The notes under the pieces: model-generated
Told to the model about the DNA's origin: nothing
Database searches by the model: none
The model's input: only the letters and a program-made list of their open reading frames with translations
From: Anaerolineales bacterium
GTDB taxonomy: Bacteria; Chloroflexota; Anaerolineae; Anaerolineales; UBA6668
Length of the DNA: 64,000 nucleotides
NCBI GenBank assembly: GCA_020630805.1
Contig: JAHDIM010000002.1
Location: forward strand, 641-64,640
Direction of reading: 5' to 3'
Shown here: positions 46,164 through 55,175 of the stretch, one piece after another
Layout of the letters: each line of letters starts with the position of its first letter
Position numbering within the stretch: the stretch's first letter is position 1
Made by a program: the position numbers and the translations under genes

Positions 46164-47297
46164 ATGAAGATTAAGAATAATTATCGAAAAACGATTGTTG
46201 GGGCGCTCTTGGCTGCACTGGTCAGCGTTCTCGCAATTCCGGTGTTTGCCCAATCTGGTGGCAGTCCCGTCATTCGTGCGCAATGTGTGGCAAATGTCGC
46301 TACTGTTGAATGGAGCGGTTTCTTTGGCGGACGTTACTCAGAAGCGGTTTCTATCTACATCAATGACAAAGTTGTTGCGAGTGGAATGGGCACCTTTGGC
46401 ACGTTGCAAAAAGATGTGCGGACATTGGACAAGATCCAAGCGGATGCGCCAAAGCAAATTACTGTAAAAGCTTATGGCTCTAAAACAGGCTTTGTAGAAG
46501 CAGCGCCTGTAAGTTGTACAACGCAACCGACGTTACCGGCTGACACGCAACCTGCTGCGACAACCAACCAATTTGCACCGTCTGCTGATGTAAACACGGC
46601 GCCAATTGCACTGCAAGATGAACATGGCAATACGCCGGTTGTGGACAACGCGAGCCACAGTGTAGGCACGCAGTTCTCGCGAACAGACCCACCTTGGAAT
46701 CCGGGGTTCTTTGACATCATTCGCGCCCGTGCCATCTCGACGGCGACAGGCGTTCCTGTACCAGTAATTTTGGATCAGTTCCGCCATGACTATGTCACCA
46801 ATGTTGATCGTGGGGAATTGGAAGTTGCCTTCTATGAATCGCTGCGCATCTTCTGTTACCCTCCAGGCTACGTTGAAGTTTGGTACACAGATAATAAGCG
46901 TGAAGATGGTGCCAGCGCCATGGTGGCACAGTTCCATATTGCGTTTATTGCACAGCAGGGCGACGTTACGTTGCCAGCGCAAGACGGTGGGTTCCTGACC
47001 ATTCGCCACGTTGGAGATGACATCACAATTGTGGGTGCTGGGTCGTCAAAGACCATTCCATTTAGTGCTTGTCTAGAATCAGCGCGTGTGACGAAAGAAA
47101 CTATCCCGCAGATGACGTGTAATGCAGACGCAGTGGTGCAACAACAAGCCCTAATCGCGGATCAGCAAGCGTATGTCGCGAAGTTGGAACCGGTCAAGAC
47201 CGCTGTTGCAACCCGTGACGAATATGCAAACGCAAGCGCACATCTTGTGAAATTGCAGAATGGGCTGACTGCGTTACAAGCTGGCTGTTCACAATAA
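46164..47297 (+). CDS. Secreted protein of unknown function (last gene of the efflux cluster)
   Basis: 377 aa. The signal peptide is IVGALLAALVSVLAIPVFAQ. No recognised domain. It starts 35 nt after the adaptor gene. Confidence 0.7.
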   Translation: MKIKNNYRKTIVGALLAALVSVLAIPVFAQSGGSPVIRAQCVANVATVEWSGFFGGRYSEAVSIYINDKVVASGMGTFGTLQKDVRTLDKIQADAPKQITVKAYGSKTGFVEAAPVSCTTQPTLPADTQPAATTNQFAPSADVNTAPIALQDEHGNTPVVDNASHSVGTQFSRTDPPWNPGFFDIIRARAISTATGVPVPVILDQFRHDYVTNVDRGELEVAFYESLRIFCYPPGYVEVWYTDNKREDGASAMVAQFHIAFIAQQGDVTLPAQDGGFLTIRHVGDDITIVGAGSSKTIPFSACLESARVTKETIPQMTCNADAVVQQQALIADQQAYVAKLEPVKTAVATRDEYANASAHLVKLQNGLTALQAGCSQ

Positions 47298-47327
47298 CAA
47301 CCTGCTGTAAAAAATCGACTTGAATTT

Positions 47328-47358
47328 AGCGCCTTCGCCTAGCGAAGGCGCTTTTTTT
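47328..47358 (+). terminator. Intrinsic terminator of the efflux cluster
   Basis: Stem AGCGCCTTCGC / GCGAAGGCGCT, loop cta, then TTTTTTT. Confidence 0.78.
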
Positions 47359-47376
47359 ATTGGGTAAAATCGGCGC

Positions 47377-47952
47377 ATGATTGAACTTGCTCAAAAAATA
47401 CGAGACCACGGGACTTACCTTGGCAATGGGATTCTGAAAGTCGATGGCTTCTTGAATCATCAAATTGATGCTGGCTTGATGTATCGTGCTGGTCAAGAGT
47501 TTGCAAAGCGCTTTGTGACCACTTCTCCTGACATCATTCTGACAGCTGAAATTTCAGGGATTGCTCCAGCGGCAATGGCGGGCTTGGCAATGAATGTTCC
47601 GGTTGTCTATGCACGCAAACATCGACCGATTACGATGCCAGAAAACGTCTACACGTCGTCTGCACCTTCCCACACGAAAGGCAAGATTGTGCAGTTGATG
47701 GTCTCCCCAGAATTTCTGAAAGCTGATCAACGCGTGCTGATTATTGATGACTTCCTCGCGACTGGGAAAACCTTGAACGGCCTCGTTGATATTGTCAGTC
47801 AAGCAGGGGGCGATCTCGTCGGGATTGGTGCGGTGATTGAGAAAAGTTTTGAAGGCGGACGCGAGATGCTGACAAAGCTAGGGGTCCAAATTGAGAGCCT
47901 AGCCATTATTGACTCTTTGTCAGACGCAGGCATTGAGGTACGGGCGGGCTAA
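47377..47952 (+). CDS. xpt: Xanthine phosphoribosyltransferase
   Basis: 191 aa. It has ILKVDGFLNHQIDAGLM and the PRPP motif VLIIDDFLATGKT. Confidence 0.88.
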   Translation: MIELAQKIRDHGTYLGNGILKVDGFLNHQIDAGLMYRAGQEFAKRFVTTSPDIILTAEISGIAPAAMAGLAMNVPVVYARKHRPITMPENVYTSSAPSHTKGKIVQLMVSPEFLKADQRVLIIDDFLATGKTLNGLVDIVSQAGGDLVGIGAVIEKSFEGGREMLTKLGVQIESLAIIDSLSDAGIEVRAG

Positions 47953-49493
47953 TGGATACAGTTGTCATTTTAGATTTTGGCTCACAATATACGCAGCTCA
48001 TTGCGCGGCGCGTACGTGAGGCAAATGTCTACTCCGAACTACACCCATTTGATGTTGACGCCGATGTGATTGCGGCCTTGAACCCCAAAGCATTCATTAT
48101 TTCCGGCGGGCCGAATAGTGTCTATGCTGAAAATGCGCCAACGTTGCCAGACTACATCTTGGATGCAGGTGTGCCTGTACTTGGTATTTGCTATGGGATG
48201 CAACTGCTTGCGCATTCACTGGGTGGGAAAGTCACGGCGTCAAATGCACGTGAGTACGGTCGGGCCGCTGTTGAGATTGCCGACAACAATACTTTGTTGC
48301 GCACAGCGAATGCCCAACAATTCAATGCGTGGATGAGCCATGGTGACAAAGTTACACAAGTTCCAGCGGGGTTCTCTGTCACTGCCACGAGTCACAATTG
48401 CCCTATTGCTGCGATGGAAAACTCGGCTAAAAATATTTTTGCAGTTCAATTCCATCCAGAAGTCAATCATACGGAATTTGGTCGTGACGTTATCAACAAT
48501 TTCTTAGCGGTTGCAGACGTCAGCCGTGACTGGAATGCACAATTTATGATCGACCAAGCCATTGCTGAAATCAAAGCAAAAGTTGGGGATCAGCGTGTGT
48601 TGGCGGCTGTGTCTGGTGGGGTTGATTCGACTGTGGCAACTGCTTTGGTTTCCAAAGCCATTGGTGATCAATTGACGTGCTTCTATGTCGACACTGGGCT
48701 CATGCGCGCCAATGAAACCGAACAAGTGGTTGAGACATTCACGCAAAACATTGCTGCTGAATTTGAACCGATCAGCGCAGTAGAAGATTTCCTCGGTGCT
48801 ATTGGCGATGAGACTGACCCCGAAACCAAACGCAAGATTATTGGCAATACCTTTATTCGCATCTTCGAGCGGGAAGCCCGTCGTTTAGGAAAAGATGCAA
48901 ACTTCTTGGTCCAAGGGACGATCTATCCAGATGTGGTGGAAAGTAGCGGTAAAGGCCGTGAAAAAGCAGCGAAGATCAAAACACACCATAACGTTGGTGG
49001 CTTGCCTGACGACCTGCAATTCGATCTGTTGGAACCGTTGCGCTTTATGTTCAAAGACGAAGTGCGGAAGGTTGGTGAGGCACTAGGCTTACCGGAAGAA
49101 ATGGTGTGGCGTCAGCCTTTCCCTGGTCCTGGACTAGGCATTCGGTGTTTGGGCAAGATTACATGGGACCGGCTTGAAACGTTACGCGCGGCAGACAAAA
49201 TCTTGCGTGACGAATTGCGCGATGCCGGGATGCTGAGAGATGATACGGCACAAGCGTTTGCCGTCTTGTTGCCAGTCAAGTCAGTCGGTGTGATGGGCGA
49301 CCAACGCACTTATGAAGAGGTTGTTGCTCTGCGCGCTGTCACCACTGATGATTTCATGACCGCCGATTGGGCGCATTTGCCATACGAATTGCTCGCCAAA
49401 GTCAGTAGCCGGATCTGTAACGAAGTCCGTGGCGTCAACCGGGTAGTGTACGATATAACCAGTAAGCCACCGGGCACCATTGAGTGGGAATAG
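47952..49493 (+). CDS. guaA: GMP synthase (glutamine-hydrolysing)
   Basis: 513 aa. It has the GATase motif GICYGMQL, the ATP-PPase P-loop SGGVDSTV, and the C-terminal GTIEWE. The TAATG overlap links it to xpt. Confidence 0.95.
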   Translation: MDTVVILDFGSQYTQLIARRVREANVYSELHPFDVDADVIAALNPKAFIISGGPNSVYAENAPTLPDYILDAGVPVLGICYGMQLLAHSLGGKVTASNAREYGRAAVEIADNNTLLRTANAQQFNAWMSHGDKVTQVPAGFSVTATSHNCPIAAMENSAKNIFAVQFHPEVNHTEFGRDVINNFLAVADVSRDWNAQFMIDQAIAEIKAKVGDQRVLAAVSGGVDSTVATALVSKAIGDQLTCFYVDTGLMRANETEQVVETFTQNIAAEFEPISAVEDFLGAIGDETDPETKRKIIGNTFIRIFEREARRLGKDANFLVQGTIYPDVVESSGKGREKAAKIKTHHNVGGLPDDLQFDLLEPLRFMFKDEVRKVGEALGLPEEMVWRQPFPGPGLGIRCLGKITWDRLETLRAADKILRDELRDAGMLRDDTAQAFAVLLPVKSVGVMGDQRTYEEVVALRAVTTDDFMTADWAHLPYELLAKVSSRICNEVRGVNRVVYDITSKPPGTIEWE

Positions 49494-49550
49494 GCTTTTG
49501 AGTAACGAGAGGCATTCTAAAGAGCTTGCTCATTACTCTCTACAATTCTA

Positions 49551-49587
49551 GCCAACAGCCAACAGCCAACAGCCAACAGCCAACAGC
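49551..49587 (+). repeat. Heptanucleotide tandem repeat (GCCAACA) x5 plus GC, abutting the kinase start codon
   Basis: I read this directly: five perfect copies at 49551-49585. A TACAAT lies at 49541-49546. An in-frame TAG at 49549-49551 shows the repeat is non-coding in the kinase frame. Confidence 0.9.
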
Positions 49588-50847
49588 ATGATCAAACTTA
49601 TTGGAAGAACGCTAAAACGCCGCTACAAGATCTATGATCGTCTTGGTGCGAGTAAAGTGACGACGGTCTATCTCGCTCGCGATGAATTCACAGGTCGCAT
49701 TGTCGTGGTCAAGACGCTGTTTGTTCGGCGCGTTGAAGAAGGCGATGCGGTTAACTTGATCCGCGAGATTGAGGTGCTGCGGCAGATCAACAGTAAGCAT
49801 ATTGTGCCGCTGTTAGATTATGCCTTGAATTACGAAGACCCAGACTTAGCCCACCCGATAAGTTTCTTAGTCACGCAATATGTCGAGGGGTTGCCGCTCA
49901 AACTTGTCTTGAACAAACTGGGTGGCTTGAACGCCATCAACACGTTGGCGCTAGCGCGGCAAGTGCTGGTTGCGCTGTCTCAATTACACGAACACGGTAT
50001 TGTGCACCGTGATTTGAAGTCAGACAATTTGTTGGTAACGCCCACAAATCGTGTCTACCTAATTGACTTTGGAATTGCGAAGATGGTGGATGGCGACACG
50101 CTAACCCGCACTGGACAGTTTGCGGGCACGGTTGGCTATGCGGCGCCAGAACAGCTCATCGATTCGCGCGCCGTTGACATTCGTGCTGATCTATATGCGC
50201 TAGGGGTCATCATGGCCGAAGCCCTAATGGGGAAATTGCCGGGACGTGACCCAGACGGACGCCATCAGCTTGAAATGGCTGGACTCGCTGTCCGCGAAGG
50301 CGAAGAACACGTCACTGATGCTTATGCAGTCACTAATCGTCTCTTGGCGCTAGCGCCGCAAGATCGGTACTTAGTGCCAGGCGTCTTACATGCGCGCCTA
50401 GACGCATTACTGAATGAAACTGAACTGCTCATTCCATGGAACAAGTTGGTGTTGCAACAAACGCGAGAGCTTGTCCCAAGTTTGGCATTGCCAGCGCCAA
50501 CGCCTGAAAGAACGCCAGATCCAACCTTTGTCTTGAAAGTTGAACATCACACGCTGGCTTTAGATAGCCCAGAAATGATGATTGGACGTTCCTCTCCCTC
50601 AGATCCGGATTGGAAACCGCAGATTGACGTGCTAGCATTGGGATTACAAAATGCCGATACAGTGTCACGGTTGCACTGCTGTCTCTTCCGAGATATGGCT
50701 GGGAACTATCAGGTGAGTGACATGGGGAGTTATAACGGCACACTTGTCAACGGGGAGCCAGTGCCAAATGGCACAGTGCGAACCCTGACGGCTGGTGATC
50801 AAATTGAACTTGGTGGGGTGGTCTTCACCTTCGAATCTGGCAACTGA
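49588..50847 (+). CDS. Ser/Thr protein kinase with C-terminal FHA domain
   Basis: 419 aa. The kinase motifs are VVVKTL (catalytic Lys), HRDLKSDNLL, DFGIAK and YAAPE. The FHA region reads MIGRSS...VSRLHCCLF...VSDMGSYNGTLVNGEPV. Confidence 0.88.
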   Translation: MIKLIGRTLKRRYKIYDRLGASKVTTVYLARDEFTGRIVVVKTLFVRRVEEGDAVNLIREIEVLRQINSKHIVPLLDYALNYEDPDLAHPISFLVTQYVEGLPLKLVLNKLGGLNAINTLALARQVLVALSQLHEHGIVHRDLKSDNLLVTPTNRVYLIDFGIAKMVDGDTLTRTGQFAGTVGYAAPEQLIDSRAVDIRADLYALGVIMAEALMGKLPGRDPDGRHQLEMAGLAVREGEEHVTDAYAVTNRLLALAPQDRYLVPGVLHARLDALLNETELLIPWNKLVLQQTRELVPSLALPAPTPERTPDPTFVLKVEHHTLALDSPEMMIGRSSPSDPDWKPQIDVLALGLQNADTVSRLHCCLFRDMAGNYQVSDMGSYNGTLVNGEPVPNGTVRTLTAGDQIELGGVVFTFESGN

Positions 50848-50901
50848 CGGCCCCCACGTTACCCCGATAAAAAGTCAGTGTCTATTTGATTGAGGAACAA
50901 A

Positions 50902-51435
50902 ATGGAAAACGGAAAAGATCTACTCAAAAAACCAATTTACGATATCGAAAACGGCAAGAAAGTTGGCGATATCAAAGATATTTTGATTGATAACGAAGCG
51001 ATTCGCGTCCGCGGTGTGTATCTTGGTCGTGAAGGCTTGTTGAGCCGCAAACACTTAGCAATTGCCAGTGGCTCAGTAAAAGTAATGGGCGTCGATTGCT
51101 GGCTTGTTTCAGGAGCGGGCGTCGTCCAAGACGTCAAAGAATTGCCAGACCCTGACAAAATTGTCTATTTGGATGAATTCAAGGGGCGTCAAATTATCAC
51201 GGATGGCGAAACGGTTGTCGGCACAATTGGTGACATCCGAGTGAATGATCAAGGTGAGATCAAAGCCTTTGTGCTCGGAAAAGTCAACATCCAAGGCCCG
51301 GTGGCAGATCACAAGCTGATCTCACGGGCGGCTATCAAATCTTTAGGTGATAAAAAGCGCCCAATGCGTGTCGACCTAAGCCTTGCTGAACAACACGCAA
51401 TTGTTGAGAAGAATAAAGAAGCAAAAGGCGAGTAG
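50902..51435 (+). CDS. PRC-barrel domain protein (two PRC-like repeats)
   Basis: The ATG at 50902 is preceded by GAGGAA. The sequence has GKKVGDIKDILIDNEAIRVRGVYL and VVGTIGDIRVNDQGEIKAFVL. Confidence 0.72.
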   Translation: MENGKDLLKKPIYDIENGKKVGDIKDILIDNEAIRVRGVYLGREGLLSRKHLAIASGSVKVMGVDCWLVSGAGVVQDVKELPDPDKIVYLDEFKGRQIITDGETVVGTIGDIRVNDQGEIKAFVLGKVNIQGPVADHKLISRAAIKSLGDKKRPMRVDLSLAEQHAIVEKNKEAKGE

Positions 51436-51471
51436 ACGTTAGGCGTTCAAGCCGCAACGAAGTTCTGAATC

Positions 51472-51509
51472 AAAAAAGGGCACTAGCAGATAACGCTGGT
51501 GCCCTTTTT
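51472..51509. terminator. Bidirectional terminator between convergent genes
   Basis: Stem AAAAAGGGCAC / GTGCCCTTTTT with a 15-nt loop. Confidence 0.65.
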
Positions 51510-51511
51510 GC

Positions 51512-52420
51512 TTAATTCGCAGCTTCAGCTTCTGCCTTTTTGCGCCAGTAGCGCATAATCCCATCAATGGACATATCGAGTGGATCATTGACTTGATGTT
51601 TGTCCCACATGGCTTGGTCTGCACCATTTGCGATAGCGATTTGCTCTTGCGTTGCGCGGTAGCCAGCAATGATTTCTTCGCGAGTTTGTCCGGCATCAAC
51701 GCCGTTTTTGACAAACTGAGCACCATGATTGACCAGCGACGCGACTGCCTCAAAGTGCGGCAGTGGGTCGTCAACCTTTCCAAAGTGCGTTGGATAGATG
51801 GCACTTAAGTTGAGCGCTTTGAGCTTTTCCAATGACAGGTGCCACTTTTCCAAACTGAACTCTGGCGGCGGCGTGACAATCTTCAACCAAGGCGTTGGTA
51901 AGTACACAACCATACTGGCAACGTCACCAGTAAAAGCAACGTCTTGTAACTGATAGGTCATATGATGATTGGCATGCCCTGGGGTGTCATGAGCAATGAA
52001 TTTGTGCTCACCAATCTCAATCTCGTCTTGATCGTATAGCAAGGTCACTTGCTCGGCAGGGATCGGAATCAATTCGCCGTATAACGTTTCCATCCGGTCG
52101 CCATAGATCCGTAGCGCACTTGCGTACAAGCGCGATGGATCGATCATGTGCTTAGCGCCGATGTTATGGACGTAGATATGGGCGCCTTGTTGGGCCCACC
52201 AGCCAGCCCCGCCAGCATGGTCAAAGTGAATGTGCGTGAGCAACACGTGCTTTACATCACTTGGGGTGTAGCCATGTTCCGCTAAACCAGCAACAAGGGC
52301 ATCAACGCAGGTCCGTGGCCCAGTTTCAACGAGAATTGGCCCGGCTTCACTCTCAATCAGATAGGACGCAATGGCCTTGGGATTTCCCAAGTAGTAAAGA
52401 TCAATCGTATGAATTTTCAT
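51512..52420 (-). CDS. MBL-fold metallo-hydrolase
   Basis: 302 aa, with the motif LLTHIHFDHAGG and a downstream HTPGH. Confidence 0.85.
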   Translation of the reverse strand: MKIHTIDLYYLGNPKAIASYLIESEAGPILVETGPRTCVDALVAGLAEHGYTPSDVKHVLLTHIHFDHAGGAGWWAQQGAHIYVHNIGAKHMIDPSRLYASALRIYGDRMETLYGELIPIPAEQVTLLYDQDEIEIGEHKFIAHDTPGHANHHMTYQLQDVAFTGDVASMVVYLPTPWLKIVTPPPEFSLEKWHLSLEKLKALNLSAIYPTHFGKVDDPLPHFEAVASLVNHGAQFVKNGVDAGQTREEIIAGYRATQEQIAIANGADQAMWDKHQVNDPLDMSIDGIMRYWRKKAEAEAAN

Positions 52421-52429
52421 GCGTTTCAG

Positions 52430-53134
52430 TTAGTCCTCAATGATGCGCCAACTGGCCTGTTCGGCTGCTTTCCGCAGGCGATTGTCTGGTGCTACTGCAA
52501 CCGGGTCTTTGGCCAGCGAAAGCATGGCAATGTCTTCAATGGTGTCACCATAGGCCGCTGCTAATTTGCCGTCCTGTAGAAACGGTTGCAAATTGTCAAC
52601 TTTTACGCCTTCAACGTTGAAAGGACCGCCAAGTTCCCCAGTGAATCTTCCATCTTGATATTCCAATGGTGTCCCAATGGCTTCAAAGCCCGGTAACGTT
52701 TGGAGGACGCGCTTCAGAAACGGTTCTGGCATGCCAGAGATAATGACAACCCGCATGCCGCGGTCTAAGTGTGCTTTGAGTTCTGCTACGACGGACTTGC
52801 GAAGATTTGGCAACAATAATTTCTCAACATTGTAGTCAACAACATCTTGGAACTTTTCGCGGGGCATATCACGCCAGCTTCGCAAGACGTCAATCATGGC
52901 TTGTGACTTGTACTTACGGGCGTTAGGAAGTTCCAGCTTGACGATGGGGTAATAATGCAACCGCGTCAATTTGAATTTGCGGACAAATTTTTTGTTCCCC
53001 TGCACATCACGGATGTAGCGTAGGAGCCCACCAAAGAGTTGGGAATTCGACAGTGTGCCTTCAAAATCGACGGCTACAGTCGGACGTTCATTGCTGGGTG
53101 GGGCGGTTAGTAAGTTGAATTCGGTGCGTATCAT
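52430..53134 (-). CDS. HAD-superfamily (subfamily IB-like) hydrolase
   Basis: 234 aa. Motif I reads VAVDFEGTL. It also has VVIISGMPE and AAAYGDTIEDIAML. Confidence 0.72.
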   Translation of the reverse strand: MIRTEFNLLTAPPSNERPTVAVDFEGTLSNSQLFGGLLRYIRDVQGNKKFVRKFKLTRLHYYPIVKLELPNARKYKSQAMIDVLRSWRDMPREKFQDVVDYNVEKLLLPNLRKSVVAELKAHLDRGMRVVIISGMPEPFLKRVLQTLPGFEAIGTPLEYQDGRFTGELGGPFNVEGVKVDNLQPFLQDGKLAAAYGDTIEDIAMLSLAKDPVAVAPDNRLRKAAEQASWRIIED

Positions 53135-53685
53135 TAGACAAGCTCAGCGGTGTTGACGACGGTTGCAAATTCGTTGTGTAAGCTAGCCAGCGCCACAGAA
53201 TGGATAGTATCAGCATCAAAGTGCGTGCCATCATACCCATCTCGGGCATGGGCGGCAGTTGCATCTCCGACCAAGATAGTGTCAAATCCCAAGTTACCAG
53301 CACTGCGCGTGGTCGTGCTGACACAATGGTTGGTGGTGAGCCCACAAATGACGACTTGCGCAATCTTCTTTGCGCGCAAATGATCTTCCAATTCTGTTCC
53401 AATAAACGCACAATTGACGCTTTTGGTGAAATGCGGTTCGCTGGGCAGTGGTTCAAATCCGTCTTTTAGCGCTGAACCTGGTTTTTCGGGGCGCAGCGGT
53501 GAGTTAGGTTCGACCGACAGATGCTGAATATGAACGACGGGGCGCTTTGCGGCACGCCACGCAGCTAACAGTTTGAGACAATTTTCTTCCGCTGCCGGAT
53601 TGTTGCGTTCTCCTAATTTTGGGTCATCTAATCCTTTTTGGATGTCAACCAAGATCAGGGCGGTGTTATTTGTCACTGTTGGCAT
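53134..53685 (-). CDS. Isochorismatase-family cysteine hydrolase
   Basis: The ATG at 53685 is preceded by GAGGAG. The sequence has ALILVDIQ, a K at FTKSV, and the catalytic-Cys context [12 protein letters not shown]. The track start at 53718 is less well supported. Confidence 0.85.
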   Translation of the reverse strand: MPTVTNNTALILVDIQKGLDDPKLGERNNPAAEENCLKLLAAWRAAKRPVVHIQHLSVEPNSPLRPEKPGSALKDGFEPLPSEPHFTKSVNCAFIGTELEDHLRAKKIAQVVICGLTTNHCVSTTTRSAGNLGFDTILVGDATAAHARDGYDGTHFDADTIHSVALASLHNEFATVVNTAELV

Positions 53686-54427
53686 TTGCAACTCCTCGCG
53701 CTTGTTTTGCAGCGTCAATTACTTTCAAGTCTTGCTTGGAAAGTTCAACTAAGTCTAATAACTCAGGACGGCGTTCTAAGGTGCGCAATAGCGCTTGATC
53801 CCGTCGCCAGCGTTGGATGTTGGCATGATGTCCGGAGGTCAAGATTTCTGGAATACCCCATTCGCGGTACACCGGCGGACGCGTGTACTGCGGATATTCC
53901 AACAGCCCGACCTCACTATGACTGTCATCATGCGTTGCGGTTGGATCACCAAGAACGCCAGGTAGCAACCGCGTGACTGCATCAGTAATCGCTAAGGCTG
54001 GAAGCTCACCGCCGGTCAAGACAAAGTCTCCGAGCGAAAGCTCATGAGTCACAAGATTGTCGCGCACCCGTTCATCGATGCCTTCATAGCGTCCGCAGAG
54101 CAAGGCAAACTTGGGCCATTTCGTCATTTCACGCGCGATGGACTGCGTAAATGGCTGCCCTTGGGGGGTCACCATGATCAGCGGTGATTCAAATTGTTCA
54201 CCTAATACGCTCTCAACAGCATTGAAGATCGGTTCAGGTTTCATCAGCATTCCGCCGCCGCCGCCGTAGGGGGTGTCATCCGTGACTTTGTGCTTGTCTG
54301 TGGCATAGTCTCGAATGTTGTGAACCTCGACATTGACGGCTCCCATTTCATGCGCGCGCTTCATAATGCTGGCTTGCAAATAGGGCATACAAACATCGGG
54401 GAAAAGTGTGAAAATGTCGATCTGCAT
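53666..54427 (-). CDS. trmD: tRNA (guanine37-N1)-methyltransferase
   Basis: 253 aa. It begins [10 protein letters not shown] and has [24 protein letters not shown] and [14 protein letters not shown]. Confidence 0.93.
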   Translation of the reverse strand: MQIDIFTLFPDVCMPYLQASIMKRAHEMGAVNVEVHNIRDYATDKHKVTDDTPYGGGGGMLMKPEPIFNAVESVLGEQFESPLIMVTPQGQPFTQSIAREMTKWPKFALLCGRYEGIDERVRDNLVTHELSLGDFVLTGGELPALAITDAVTRLLPGVLGDPTATHDDSHSEVGLLEYPQYTRPPVYREWGIPEILTSGHHANIQRWRRDQALLRTLERRPELLDLVELSKQDLKVIDAAKQARGVANANSDK

Positions 54428-54510
54428 AGCGCCGATTCTACCATTCAGGCAGTTGTGTATACGGCGGTTTGCGAGGTGGAAATCGTAATTTTGACCTCAT
54501 GTACAAAAGG

Positions 54511-54516
54511 TATAAT
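54511..54516 (+). promoter_or_regulatory. -10 hexamer TATAAT 7 nt upstream of the maf ATG (leaderless geometry)
   Basis: I read this directly. There is no SD between the hexamer and the ATG at 54524. Confidence 0.4.
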
Positions 54517-54523
54517 CCCTGAT

Positions 54524-55162
54524 ATGGCATTGAATTTAGTGCTCGCTTCACAGTCACCGCGCCGCCGCGAATTGCTAGGATTTACAGCAGTTCCATTTAC
54601 GGTACAAGTTGCGGATATCGACGAGACACCGTTGGCATCGGAAGATCCGGTAGATTATGTGCGTCGCTTGGCAACGGCAAAAGCGCAAGCGGTTGCGGTC
54701 AACTTAGACGCAGATGCAGTCGTGCTGGGGTCGGACACCATTGTGGTGCACAATGATGTGCTACTAGGCAAACCCTCAGATGCTGCTGATGCAACACGAA
54801 TGCTGACTGCAATTCGTGGTCAGACGCATCAGGTGGTGACGGCTTTTGCCTTTGTTTCTCACGCCGAGACCTTACTGGTGTCGCATGAAACTGCTAATTT
54901 ACAAATTCGGGCTTTTACAGACGCCGAAATTGATGCTTACATTGCATCCGGTGATCCGATGGATAAAGCTGGTGCATATGCTATTCAAAACAACACATTC
55001 AACCCTGTAGAGACCCTGAACGGTTGTTTTTCAACTGTTATGGGATTACCCCTCTGCGAAGTTACGCTGGCCTTACGTGATTTAGGCTTTGACCCTCAAG
55101 ACAACTTCTCACTCAATGATGCGTTAGAGTGCGGTTGCAGCGCATATGCTGCAACGTCATAA
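54524..55162 (+). CDS. maf: Maf-family nucleoside triphosphate pyrophosphatase
   Basis: The ATG at 54524 gives MALNLVLASQSPRRRELLGF, the canonical Maf N-terminus. GSDTIV and DKAGAYAIQ follow. The track start at 54290 overlaps trmD on the opposite strand. Confidence 0.88.
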   Translation: MALNLVLASQSPRRRELLGFTAVPFTVQVADIDETPLASEDPVDYVRRLATAKAQAVAVNLDADAVVLGSDTIVVHNDVLLGKPSDAADATRMLTAIRGQTHQVVTAFAFVSHAETLLVSHETANLQIRAFTDAEIDAYIASGDPMDKAGAYAIQNNTFNPVETLNGCFSTVMGLPLCEVTLALRDLGFDPQDNFSLNDALECGCSAYAATS

Positions 55163-55175
55163 AACGTTGCCTTAC

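Noticed and set aside
47298-47376. Purine riboswitch upstream of xpt-guaA
   Set aside because: Only 79 nt are available, and most of it is the terminator of the preceding operon. The conserved purine-aptamer loops are not present.
53440-53470. tRNA T-arm-like string GGTTCAAATCC
   Set aside because: It lies inside the well-supported isochorismatase-family CDS. There is no acceptor stem, D-arm or anticodon arm around it.
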